This document shows, in pieces, positions 49,501-60,399 of a stretch of 64,000 nucleotides of DNA (position 1 is its first letter; the number at the start of each line of letters is the position of its first letter). The position numbers and the translations under genes are program-made. The notes under the pieces were generated by a model that was not told where the DNA came from, made no database searches, and saw only the letters and a program-made list of their open reading frames with translations. This DNA is from Gnetum montanum. Lineage: Eukaryota > Plantae > Gnetophyta. The stretch spans positions 462,923-526,922 of the forward strand of contig MNCI01002119.1 of NCBI GenBank assembly GCA_015680685.1. Reading direction: 5' to 3'.

Positions 49501-51058
49501 CATCACTAAGGAGGAGGAGACCTACATGGAGAAGAATAATGAGGAGTAGAAAACAGAGAAGAATCAGGGTGGAGGAACGGAGGAGTTAAAAGAGAATACC
49601 TCAGAAACAGAGCCATTGGATGATCAGGATGGTATCAACCAGATGTTCAGCAGCTTTCTCAAGGGAGACCTGGATTTGGGCGACCCCCCAGATGGTGACA
49701 AGGATCATGGTATATTTTCATTTTATTTTAACTTGTCTTGTTAACTGTCATTCCTACTACATCTTGTTTACATTTTTTCATTTTTTTTGTGTTGTGGACG
49801 AAGGCAGTGAGACCAGAACGGTGCGTTTAGATGTACCCATGAAGATGGTTCCTCCTGAGAGGACTACCGAGGTTAGTTCCCACACCCGTGAGCCACTTGC
49901 TTGGTCGGAGGTGCCAAGTAAGATGGATTTCGTGGCTGGACTCGCAGAGGAGATCGTTGAACGGATCCAAGAAGCGCACCCTGATATAATTATAAACCGT
50001 TTGAAAGTTTGTAGTTTCATATCTTGTTTATACGATTCTTTGTTTTTGACACTTATATGTTTCGCGTGGGTAGGTGCTCAATTGAAATGGGATCCTTTTG
50101 AAAGTATCGGAATAGAGGGTTTGACAACGCTTTCCCCAGAAGTGGAGCAAGTGCCAAGGCCTGTTTACGAGGGAGTCATGGAAGGCTTTATGCACAGCGC
50201 TAAGTCGCTATGGACTTGTAGGCTTTCCATCGAATGGTTTTGGCTGCAGATACAGGCAAAAGAAAAGGCCATGTCTAAGTTGTCAGCGGAACGTGATGAT
50301 CTGAAGGCTCGGTACGAGTTCGCCGCTGCTAGACTAAGCAGAGATCCCTCCTGGCGAAAGTCTGAGGTTACGTATACTAGGTATTGGGATCTATTGAATC
50401 GTCATGCGTCGCTGACTCAGAGGATTGCAGAGCGCAAAGCCCAAATTGATCTCCTGAACCTTAAATGTCAAGATTGAAAAGCCTTCGCTTCCAAGGTTCA
50501 TAAGTGGGGTCAGGACGAGAAGAACCATAAACATTACTATAAGAAGTCATTAAAAGAGGTGTCTATCGAACAGCGCCAACTACAAATGTTTGTGGAAGGC
50601 TTAGGTTTGCATTCAGCCTTCGATACTTTTGCTCAGAATACAACTGTGGAGATGGAGTCGCCTACAAGGGTGATCACTACTGCTTCTGGAGAAACATTGG
50701 TCGGTGAGTTCCCTCTAAGACGTCCTACCTGGTCGGCTATCGATAAAGGTAGGGTTTTAGCAGACGTCGACTTAGGCCTCAATGGGACAGATTGGGCCAG
50801 CGTTCCAAAAGAAGAAATCCTTCATCGGCTAGAATTCAGCTTAGGGGGATCTCCTGCGGTAAGCCTTTTGTGTTTACGAAGTTAATTAATTGAATAACGT
50901 TTAAAATTTTGACATGTGCTTATTCTTATGTCGATTGTTCGTTTTGGTGCTTTCAGGATGAAGGTGGCAATGATGCCCAAGAAGCTGGCCCCAGTGGAGC
51001 AGGGGCCCTTGAAGCTAGCGGGTCCAAAGGGGATGATCCTCCTACCCCGGATGTTTAA
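46585..51058 (+). pseudogene. Antisense 8-exon accessory gene of C: FCP1/SCP(NIF)-like pseudo-phosphatase + plant transposon domain + acidic region + coiled coil (~1060 aa when repaired)
   Basis: Exons 46585-46715, 47455-47904, 47981-48243, 48333-49372, 49479-49709, ~49799-49988, ~50074-50858 and 50957-51058. Splice phases are consistent and exon lengths 131/450/263/1040 match D (131/450/263/1041). A few stops, one frameshift and two decayed splice sites. Confidence 0.85.
47136..47306. repeat. 43-bp tandem repeat x4 in intron 1 of the antisense gene, each with the AGCGTATACGCT palindrome
   Basis: Units at 47136, 47179, 47222 and 47265. Confidence 0.9.
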
Positions 51059-51371
51059 TGTGTTGATTTTTAAGTTTTTGCTGCTTCGTTTTTGACTCAG
51101 ATTTAAACGGGGATTGTGACTTGACACTTTTAAGATGGATGAAAACTGTTGAAACTTATAATTGTACAACATTGTATGTAAGAAATTTTTTGTTGATTTT
51201 GAGTTTAATTGTGAACACGACACTGAGATATAAACTGTTTTGATTTGTTTTTTGAGTTTAACTGCACATGCGACACGATAATGTAACATGTCTTTGCATT
51301 TACTTTTCTATTTTAAGCATAGTGTACTGGAGTGATTAGAGATGAAATGTGAAAAGGAAAACAAAATACGC

Positions 51372-51670
51372 ACTAGTTTAAGGCCATTTCGGGCCTTTAT
51401 GCGTAGTTTAAGGCCATTTTGGGCCCCGTCGTAAACAAGCAATACTTTGGATAAAGTGGGTAAATTTCTTGGTGGACCGACCATCTCTGGTCATGGCTAG
51501 TTTTATGTCATTGCGGACATGTTCTAGTTTAACGTCATTTCGGACTGCATATAGTTTAACGTCATTTCGGACGAGGAGTATTGTTTGATTTTCGTTTTTA
51601 CATATTTTTTGTGTTTTGGGCTTTATCGTAGTTTAACGTCATTTCGGACAAAGTGTAGTTTAATGTCCTG
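51372..51670. repeat. Hairpin-motif array at the 3' end of gag-pro in C (~7 copies, GGCC and CGTC stem types)
   Basis: tagtttaaggccatttcgggcc and tagtttaacgtcatttcggacg. Confidence 0.85.
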
Positions 51671-54600
51671 CAGTGTATCAGCTGGTATGATTTTGTACTC
51701 AGTGTCCCCTTCGCTGATCACGTTGAACGGCAATTCAGTCCAGGAGACGTCCGATAGAATGTTTTCGGTATCGGTATTTTCAGGTGCTTCGGTGTCCGTC
51801 GTTGTTTCCGTGTTGGTTTCTTCATGAGGCGATGTGTGTAGAGTGTTAGATGTAGGTGTTTCAGTTTTAGGAGGCTCTTGTCTCATGTTCGAAGGTTTAC
51901 TCTCCACCAGTTGTAGTTTGCTTGTGTCATTAAGCTTGTCAAATTCAACCTCGAAGCCTTGGTCCATATCTGTGTGCGATGAAATGACTGGAGTGGTTAC
52001 TTCCCCATGTATGATGATTTCACCGCCCTCATAGGGTAGGTGAATCTCTTGATGTATAGGGGAAGAAACAGCTCTCAGTTGGGCCAACCAGGGTCTTCCT
52101 AATATTAGGTTGAATCCTGGCATTTCATCGACAACCAGAAAGTCAGCGGATGTGGGGAACTGGTCTCCCGCTATGAAATCTAAGGTTATCATGCCTTTGA
52201 CCAGTACACGTGACCCGCTGAATGACTTTAAACATGTTGTTGTTGTAGGTTTAATTAAGTCAGTAAACCCCAGTTGTTCAATGATGGGATATAGTACAAC
52301 GTTTGTGGCCGCCCCATCATCTACATGGACTCTATGTATTTTGAACTGGTTTACTTATATTGTTATGAACATGGGGATTGTTGTTGTCTCCCCTGTCTTC
52401 TTGTCTACTTTGATGTTATCATCGTGGAAGCTCAAGGGTTTAGGGATGGCACCGTGGGATGGATACATTACGGCATGAATGGCAAGTTCGCTCGGGGGCA
52501 AGTCCTCACTGACCGGGATCGATGTTAGCATGCGTACGAGAGCTTCCCGATGAGTTTGGGATGTTAACACCAAGTCATACAAGCTTAAAGAAGTGTTCTT
52601 TTGCTTCAATTCTTGGGTGACTTGTGTTAAAGCTATCGCAAAGTCTCTACTATTAGGGAGGCTCTTATCAGCGATGACTAGGTCCATTGGGCCCAACAGC
52701 TTTATTTCGTGTCTCGGCGGCCTATCATTCTCGCTCGTTGTCGTAGTTTTGGCTGGTTCATGTTGTTTTGATAGTTCACCCTGACTACCTACGTCTGACT
52801 GATTGTTAGTTGGTGACATAGGTATGGAATTGAGTGGAGTAGGCTTAGGTGGCTCTAGAGCTAACAGTTGGTGTTCCTTCTCCAGGCGTTCACGCGTAAG
52901 CCTATTGGCTAAACGTTCTCGCGTGTGGCGTGGAGGTGGAGCCGGTCTCGGAGCCTCAGATTATCTTGGGATGTGCACCACGTATGGAGGCGGGCGGGAT
53001 TGCGGTTGGTCAGTGGGAGGCATTTGAGCTGAAGGCTGGCTAGGGACCCTAATGATGTAGGGGCGAGGTTTGTCTTGTGCCTGTGAGGTGGAGGTTTGAC
53101 AATCGTTAGGATTTTCAGATGTCCTAACAACATACGGGGTTGGTTTCAGTGGAGGTTGGACCTCCGCTATTGCGATGGTTGGTGGTACTCAGACTACGAA
53201 GGGGGCAGGCCGAGTATGAGGGGTTGGCAGCTTTGAGGATGTAGATATGGCTGAAGGTATACGGATGACATAGGGCCGCTGGGGGGCGCGTGGTGGTTGA
53301 TGTGTGGACGTGAAGACAGCGGGAGGAATCCGAACTACGAAGGGTCTACCCGGTGTTTCATGTTTATGCTCAGGGTAAATGGTGTTGATGTTAAGCATCT
53401 CGGGATCCTCATCAAAGCATATTGTGCTAATAACGTATGGTGCCTCGTTGGCATTCAGAGGATCTTTGTAAACCCCCATGGCCTGATTCTGCGGATGGAC
53501 CAGGTTGGCCTCATCAAAAGTGATTTGGCCATTGTTGATCATCCGTTGGATATCCTACTTCAAGGTGAAGCAGTAATCCATTCCGTGCCCATTGCGTTGA
53601 TGGTAGTCACAGAAGCGATCGATCCTAAAGCCTTTGGGTATGGTCGGCTCATCCAGCGTTGCTAAGCCTGGGTTCTGTACGAGTTGGCAAAACCAGTCAT
53701 GTCTTTGGATAGCCGCAGGGGATAACTGCTTATGTTTCATCAGCCTAGCTTTCAGGAGTTGATCAAAGAGCTAGGATGGTTTCATAGGTAGAGGCGTATA
53801 TTGAGAGGGTTCTTTTCTCTCGAAATTCCGTGTACGGTTTGTTGGATTCTGCGATGATGATGACTCCAGGGCTGTTGTGGGGGCAGGTTTATTGTAGTTA
53901 GTAGGGGCTGCAGGTGGTTTTTGTTGGTGTGTGATGTTCATTTATTGGGCTCCTATTGCTGCTATAGTGGTTTTGGCCTTCTCTTTATCTTTTTTACTGT
54001 GTTGATTTCTGAAGGCCAAGTATGTCGAGTCGTGGATGTTTTGAGCCACCTCCTCTATGTTTTTGATTTGCACAAATGCTTAGTTAAGGTCACACATGTT
54101 GAGGTAATACAATTTAGATTTGAAGAAATCATTGATAGCCCCCTTGAAAATCGTAAGTAGATAAGTTGGAGAGATTGGTTCGTGTAGCTCGTTGAGAGCG
54201 GCACTCCATATCTGAATAAACTTTTGTACAGGTTCAAGCGGTGCTTGCTTGACCTGCATAAGGCTGTCCAGCATGGCCTCGGGTTTCAAGTTGTACTTGA
54301 ACCGGGTCACAAATAGGTGTAAAAGATCCTTCAAGGAGAAAATAGAGTTCCTGGGTAGGGCCCGGTACCAGTCGAGTGCTTTCCCTATGAGGGACATGGG
54401 GAACACTCGAAGGATGGCATGGGGCCAAGCCTGGAGTAACGCGCATTCTAACCTAAACGTTATGAGATGTGCATTGGGATCTGTCTCTCCATTATACTTG
54501 GTTAGCGTGGGTAAGGAGACACCTTTAGGTAAGGTTAGGTGTGGGACTGAGGAGCTGATGGGATCATCATTGTAGAAGTCCACCACCTTCAGCTCTCCGT

Positions 54601-55771
54601 CAGCGGCCGTTTTGAGGTGCTTTACCTCGTTAGTAAGCTCCTGCATTAATTTCTTGGTGTCCACCTAGTCTTGTGCACTCGGTAACACAGTGGCTTGGGG
54701 TTGTGGTATATTATATAGGTTAGATTGTTGTATGGTAGGCTAAAAGGCCTAAAGCTACGCGGTCAGTGGTTGCGCTTGTGGAAAGTTTCCAGTGGGCGGT
54801 ACTACGGATGTCACGTTATAGGGGAAAGATGGTTGTTGTTGTAGCTGCAGCTGGGGCTGTGTATGGGGAACATTGGTTGGTGGAACTACATGAGATGGCA
54901 CATGGTGGTGGGGGATTTGATACGACGACATTCCCCTCGCTGGCCATTGCCCTGCCATGTTGTGCGCGGGGACTCCCTGTTGGGTCACGGCTGTTTGAGG
55001 AACGGTATGCATTTGGATGTGCGGTATGAAGTGAGCGGATGTAGATGCCGGGATCACATGTGGCATTCCTATCACTTGGGGTGGGAGTGTCACTTCCATG
55101 CTATCATGAGGGGGAGGTGCTTGGGAAGATGGGCCAACCGCTTCCTCGGGGATGATGGTGAGAGGGAACGTGCTGAATTGCAGATCAGTTGGAGGTGGCA
55201 CATGAGTAAATGAGGATGTGTGCGATGGAGGCATTTGTGTATGAGTTAGTCTAAGGGGTTGGAGGGGTATGATCTCCCCTGTGTCTGGATGAAAAATGGG
55301 ATTAGCATGTGCTTGCGGGCTGAGAGTGTGGTAGGAGTCCTCATGTTCTGATTGAGTAGTGAAGTCATCCTCTTCCTCTAGTTGGGTCTCTGGTGCACGC
55401 TGACTTAGCGTGTGGCTCCTTTGCAGGAGGAGTCATGTGACGAGTTCCGAGTACTGCTCTGGAACTAGGATTACATCATATGTGGAAGGGGTGAACTCAT
55501 GTCCTCCCCTGTAAAAGAATTCGAACTGTCTCTTTACCTCCAATTCGGCTCGGTCTACAGCCAGGCCAGCTTGTATCTTAATGCATATAAAATTATACTG
55601 ATCTTGGGTTATGATGTCAGAGGCCGGGTCTCTCCCTTGCAACCTTAGGGATTGGCGGGGCCCTGCGGTGGGTTGAACTCCCGGGTGTTGCGTGACAGGC
55701 TATTGGACAGCCATGGTGTCCATGATGGGGGTGGTTTGAGTCATGGAAGCGTTGCTGTTTGCGGGGTTCAT
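51623..55771 (-). pseudogene. gag: gag-protease of element C (stops and frameshifts)
   Basis: ORFs 54080-54664 (gag core), 53555-53740 (FCDYHQRNGHGMDYC), 52355-52819 and 51623-52192 (protease; VHVDDGAATN between them, FNLILGRPWL). Confidence 0.92.
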
Positions 55772-56369
55772 GGTGATATGTCAGGGATATGAATCGGTCT
55801 GGAGACGTGAAGTTAATGTGTTATAGCGTGCAGCGTATATGCTTCAATGGATAGCGTATAGTCACAGCATATAGAGCGTATACAGCGTACGTGGTCAGCA
55901 TAGACACTGGAGAGCGTATACGGCGTAAGATGGGTCACGATGTAAAATAGGACAGCGTAAAATAAGTGGCTGGTGCAAAGCAGGAGACAGCGTACAACTT
56001 AGAACAAGTAATCAGTGTGACACAGGAATATAAAATGAGTTTCAGTGTAAATAAGGCTCAGCGTACAAGTGAGGAGCGTAAAACAAGCTCGGCATAAAAC
56101 AGGTCACAGCGTAAAGCAGTTTCAGCGTAAGACAGAAGAAAGCGTAATGCAGGTGATCGTAAAATAAGTTGCAGCATATAACAGGAGAGCGTAAAACAAG
56201 TTGTAGTGTAAAATAGGAGCTAGCATAAAACAAAGCAGCGTAGGAGTTTCTGAGCAGGGTTTTCAAGAGCGTAAACGCTGTGCAGCGTAGACGCTGAATA
56301 GTAGTGGGCTGGGTTTTCGTACTGGATAGCGTAAACGCCGGGAAAGTTGCGAGCAAGGGTTTTAGGAGG

Positions 56370-56386
56370 CCCTCCTTCTAGTGCCA
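56370..56386 (-). other. Primer-binding site of C (tRNA-Asn-like)
   Basis: Minus strand TGGCACTAGAAGGAGGG, 5 nt after the LTR end. Confidence 0.85.
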
Positions 56387-56391
56387 ATTTT

Positions 56392-57637
56392 TGTACTGCC
56401 TGAAATCGTCGGTTTCCGACTGGAAGGAAAAACAGAGATCGTGGGATCGCAGGGTGAGAACAGAAGACCTTGCCTTCTCCTGAGGGCGAGCTGGAACGCA
56501 CGAAGGAAAAGTACCTTGGGTGGTCCGCACGCAGATCAGACAAGGATTTCCCCGTGCGTACGCAAAGTGCTATACGCTAGGTTGTGCGTAAACAATGTAG
56601 CGAGCGTAAACAAAGCGTAAACGGCGTAAAACAGATGCGAACAGAGCATGAGCGTAAATGGGAGTAAACAAAATGCGTGCACCAAGTTGACATAAAACTG
56701 TAAACAATCTTAAGCAGCAAATGTAAATAATGGTATTACAGAGTCAAAGTACATTGCATCGATCTAACGTAGTCGTGAGGAAACACAAGGCGGACGAAAA
56801 GCCCCGGCGTGTGCAAGAATGACTCGGCTAGTTCGCAAGGCAGGCGGAGCGTAGAGACTGTGTGTATGGCATACAGGGCTCTGCAGTGTAAGAGGGTTTT
56901 AGCTCTTGTATGCAGCGTAAATGTTCTCTGGTATGCTCCAGGATTTTGCCAACCGACCTGGGTGAAGTGGAAAATCGGGGTTTTTATACAGGTTGTTACG
57001 CTAGACTCGGGTTGGGCAACACGTGGTGCATTGATCGGGTGCATACATTTTACAAAAATACAATATATTACATCTATTGGGCATATATGCTGGGCGTATA
57101 CGTTGTGGGGCTGGCATATACGCTGGGCATATACGCTGAATGAGGCGGGCATGTGAACTTGGGTGGAGATGTTGGATGCTGGGCGTATACGCCCAGCGTA
57201 TATGCTGTGGATTTGAGCATACACGCTAGGCGTATACGCTGATGGATATGGGCGTATACGCTGATGGATGCTGACTTGCCTCAATTCTTACTCTTCGGTG
57301 CCCTTCGAGATTCCGTGCCGGGCGTAAAAGTTTGCCGTGCCCGTCGAGTGTACACCGGGCGTGCGAGTTGGAATGCTTACGCTGGGGGTATACGCTAGGA
57401 ACTCGAGTGTCCACGCTGGAGGGCGTATATGCTATGGGTTCGAGCATCTACGCTAGGGATGTACTTGAGCGTAGACGCCGGGCGTATACGCTGGCACCGC
57501 ATACTTAGTGAAAATGAAGCTTTTTTAACCTCCAAAGTTGCAATGTGTGACGCCAAATGTAGCCATGGTTGTCTGTGGGTCTCAGGGACCGACTTTTTTC
57601 TGGGGAAGTACAGAGCTCGGAATTTTGTGGTGTTTCA
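56392..57637 (-). repeat. 5' LTR of element C (1246 bp)
   Basis: Pairs with 40630-41867; followed on plus by TSD GCTAA. Confidence 0.95.
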
Positions 57638-57642
57638 GCTAA

Positions 57643-59741
57643 CGCGTCCGCGATGGTGTTATCATTTCTAGAAACGTGTTGCACATCGATGTTTTCAAAT
57701 TGCCTCATTAGGTGTTTTGCCATGTCGCAGTATGGTTGTAAATGTTGGGCTTTGCATGTATAAACATTTGTGACTTGGTTTAAGACCATTGTGAGTCTCC
57801 TCTAACCACAAGTCGTGTGATATCTAAAGCCAATGTTGCCGCGTGATATCTAACGAGACCTTCATACTCTGCTATGTTGTTGGTACAATGAAAGTTGAAA
57901 CGATAAGCAAAGGATCGGATTTCCCTGGAGGGATAGGTGATGACAGTAGCTGCACTTCCCCCTCGAGAGGTGGATGCTTCATCGAAGTTTAGAATGGCAT
58001 CGTAGTCGTTGGGCACTATGTCTATTGCACTTATATTCTCATCTGGGAATTCTGGCTCTATTATCGCTTGATCGTGCGTTGGTGACGTGGCCATTTGACT
58101 TGCAATGGCTTGACCCTTAACTGATGATTATGCTATGTAGTGCAAGTCAAATTCATCTATCATGGCTTTCCAGCGGGCTATCCGACTCATTTCGTAAATG
58201 TTTCCTGTTATAGCCCTTAGCACATTATCCTTGCAAATTATATTAACTTGGTTATGGAAGAGGTAGTGTCGCCACTTTCTCAAAGAAAAGGCCAAAGCTA
58301 AACTGGAACTCTCCACGTCGTTATACCTTTTCTCGTGGGAAACTAATGCATGGCTTAAGTAATATACAAGGACTTTGGTTCCGACATCTTGTTTCTGGCA
58401 AAGCATAGACGCAATTGATGAATCTGAAGTAGTGAGGTAGATGTAAAACGGTTTATCATTTTGAGGTGGATAAATTATGGGTAATCATGCAAGTTCCATT
58501 TTAATGTTATCGAATGCTTCTTGGCACTATGGAGTCTATTCAAAATGGACGTTTTTGTGTAACAGGTGGTTCATAGGTTTTAGTTTGTCTGTCAGTTTTT
58601 CTATGAAGCACCTGATAAATTGTAATCTACCTTGTAGACCTCGAAGTTCGGTAAGGTTGCCTGGTGGTTTTAGGTTTGTTATGGCCTTAACCTTGTCGGG
58701 GTCTACTCGTATCCTTACTTCTAAGGCTATAAATCTGAGCATTTTGCCTGTCTTGATGCTGAAGACACATTTTTTTGGGTTGAGTCTCAATTCATACTTT
58801 AAACAACATTTTAACACTAGGTCAAGATCTTGTCCATGTTGTTTTGATGTTTTTGACTTAACCACAATGTCGTCCACATAGTCATTAAGCGAGTGTAACA
58901 TGTAATCGCTAAAGATGAATATCATCGCTCTTTGATACATGGCCCCAGCATTCTTGAGACCAAAGGGCATCATTATGTAACAAAAGGTTCCCCATGGTGT
59001 CATAAAGGTTGTCCGAAGCTGATGCTCCAGGTTGATGCGTATTTGGTTGTATCCCGAGAAACCATCCATAAAAGATAATAAGGCATGCCCAGCAGTCAAG
59101 TCGACAAGTTGATCGATCCTGGGTAGGGGAAAATCATCTTTTATGGTTGCGACGTTGAGATCTTGGAAGTCAATGCATAAGCGAATGCTTCCGTTCTTGT
59201 TTGGGACAATGACCATGTTGGATACCCACTCGGCGTAATCAACAGCCCGAATGAAACCAGCCTAATAAAGCTTGGTGATCTCATTACGAACTGCCAATGC
59301 CACTTCGGGTTTAACCTTTCGTGCCTTTTGTTTTACTGATCTCAATTTCCGATCAAGGATAATGTTATGCTGGACAATTCAGGGATCTAGTCTGGGCATG
59401 TCTGTGTAAGACCAAGCGAATGCTTTCATATTGTCCCTAAGCACATCTTCAATGTTTTTGGCTAGTTTCGGTTTTAGTAATGTGCTTAATTTTAATATCT
59501 TGATTTCCCCATCGGGCATGGTGATGGGGGCTTCGGTCAACGGGTGTTCAGTGATATTTTCAGCTTCTATGTCAAGGGGTTTTATCATGCATTTGTAGTT
59601 TTCTATTGTTTGCTGTGTTGAGGCAATGACTGTGTCGTCCATTGATGAACTTAAGTGGATGAGGTTTATGTTAATATCTCTTACAATTTTTCCGTATGGT
59701 CCATCAATGATTAACGGTGCGGTTAAATGCTGGCAATCCAT
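57643..59741 (-). pseudogene. pol: pol of D, 5' part: pre-RT extension, RT, RNase H, aRH
   Basis: ORFs 59379-59852, 58536-59216 (YVDD), 58128-58406 and 57780-58094. Confidence 0.94.
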
Positions 59742-60399
59742 CAGGCTTGCTCCTGCCAATAAACAGAGAGCTGAATGAGCTAATGTGTATCGTTCTATGC
59801 TCTTTGGTAATTTTAGATTATGTGTACATGCATGATGATGGATTATCGTCACACTGGGACACGTGGTAGGTTAAGGCCATGCCGCACCGTCATGGCAGTT
59901 TAAGGCCATACCGGGTCGTGGCTGGTAGTTTACGCTGGAATGTTCGGCGTAAACGCGTAGAATGGGGTTCACAGGGGAACCAGGATGTAGTAATTTTGTT
60001 TCATTTTAGAAATATATAGTTTTTATCATTTTTTGGGCGAATTTCAACAAAAAATAAATAAAAAAGCGAAAAAGAAGAGGCAAAAAGAACAAACTAGGAG
60101 GCAGCGGCGTAAGTGGCGGCGGCAGCAAAGGTGGAGCACTATATAAAGGGGGGGGCATCATTTGTCACATTGGATTCTCTAAGCGTAAACCCGAGCGTAA
60201 ACTTCTCAGCGTGAGTGTAAACTGCAAAGCTCCGGCGTAAGCGTAAACCCAAACCCCAGCGTAGACTCCGATCAACTAAACCCCAGCGTAGACGCCAATG
60301 GCTAAGCCTTAGCATAGAGGCAAAGCATAGAAGGTCAAGTGTAGGTGTACTAAGTTTCAACCCTCAGCGTAAGCCACTGATCCCAGCGTAGACGCTGAG

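Larger units (their letters stand above)
40630..57637 (-). mobile_element. Element C: two-LTR 17.0-kb Tat/Ogre-like retrotransposon with 5-bp TSD GCTAA; integrase internally deleted
   Basis: Paired LTRs, TSD at 40625-40629 and 57638-57642, PBS, PPT, gag-pro, antisense gene and RT-RH-aRH-INT. Confidence 0.96.

Noticed and set aside
49620-50477. env-like gene suggested by hydrophobic stretches in ORF 49620-50477
   Set aside because: The hydrophobic segments are translated T-rich introns; the spliced product has no evident transmembrane segment and is antisense.
46200-51370. Antisense gene as an independent nested transposon or a resident host gene
   Set aside because: It has no TIRs, LTRs or TSD, sits in the same position in four elements of two subfamilies, and its divergence tracks that of the host element.
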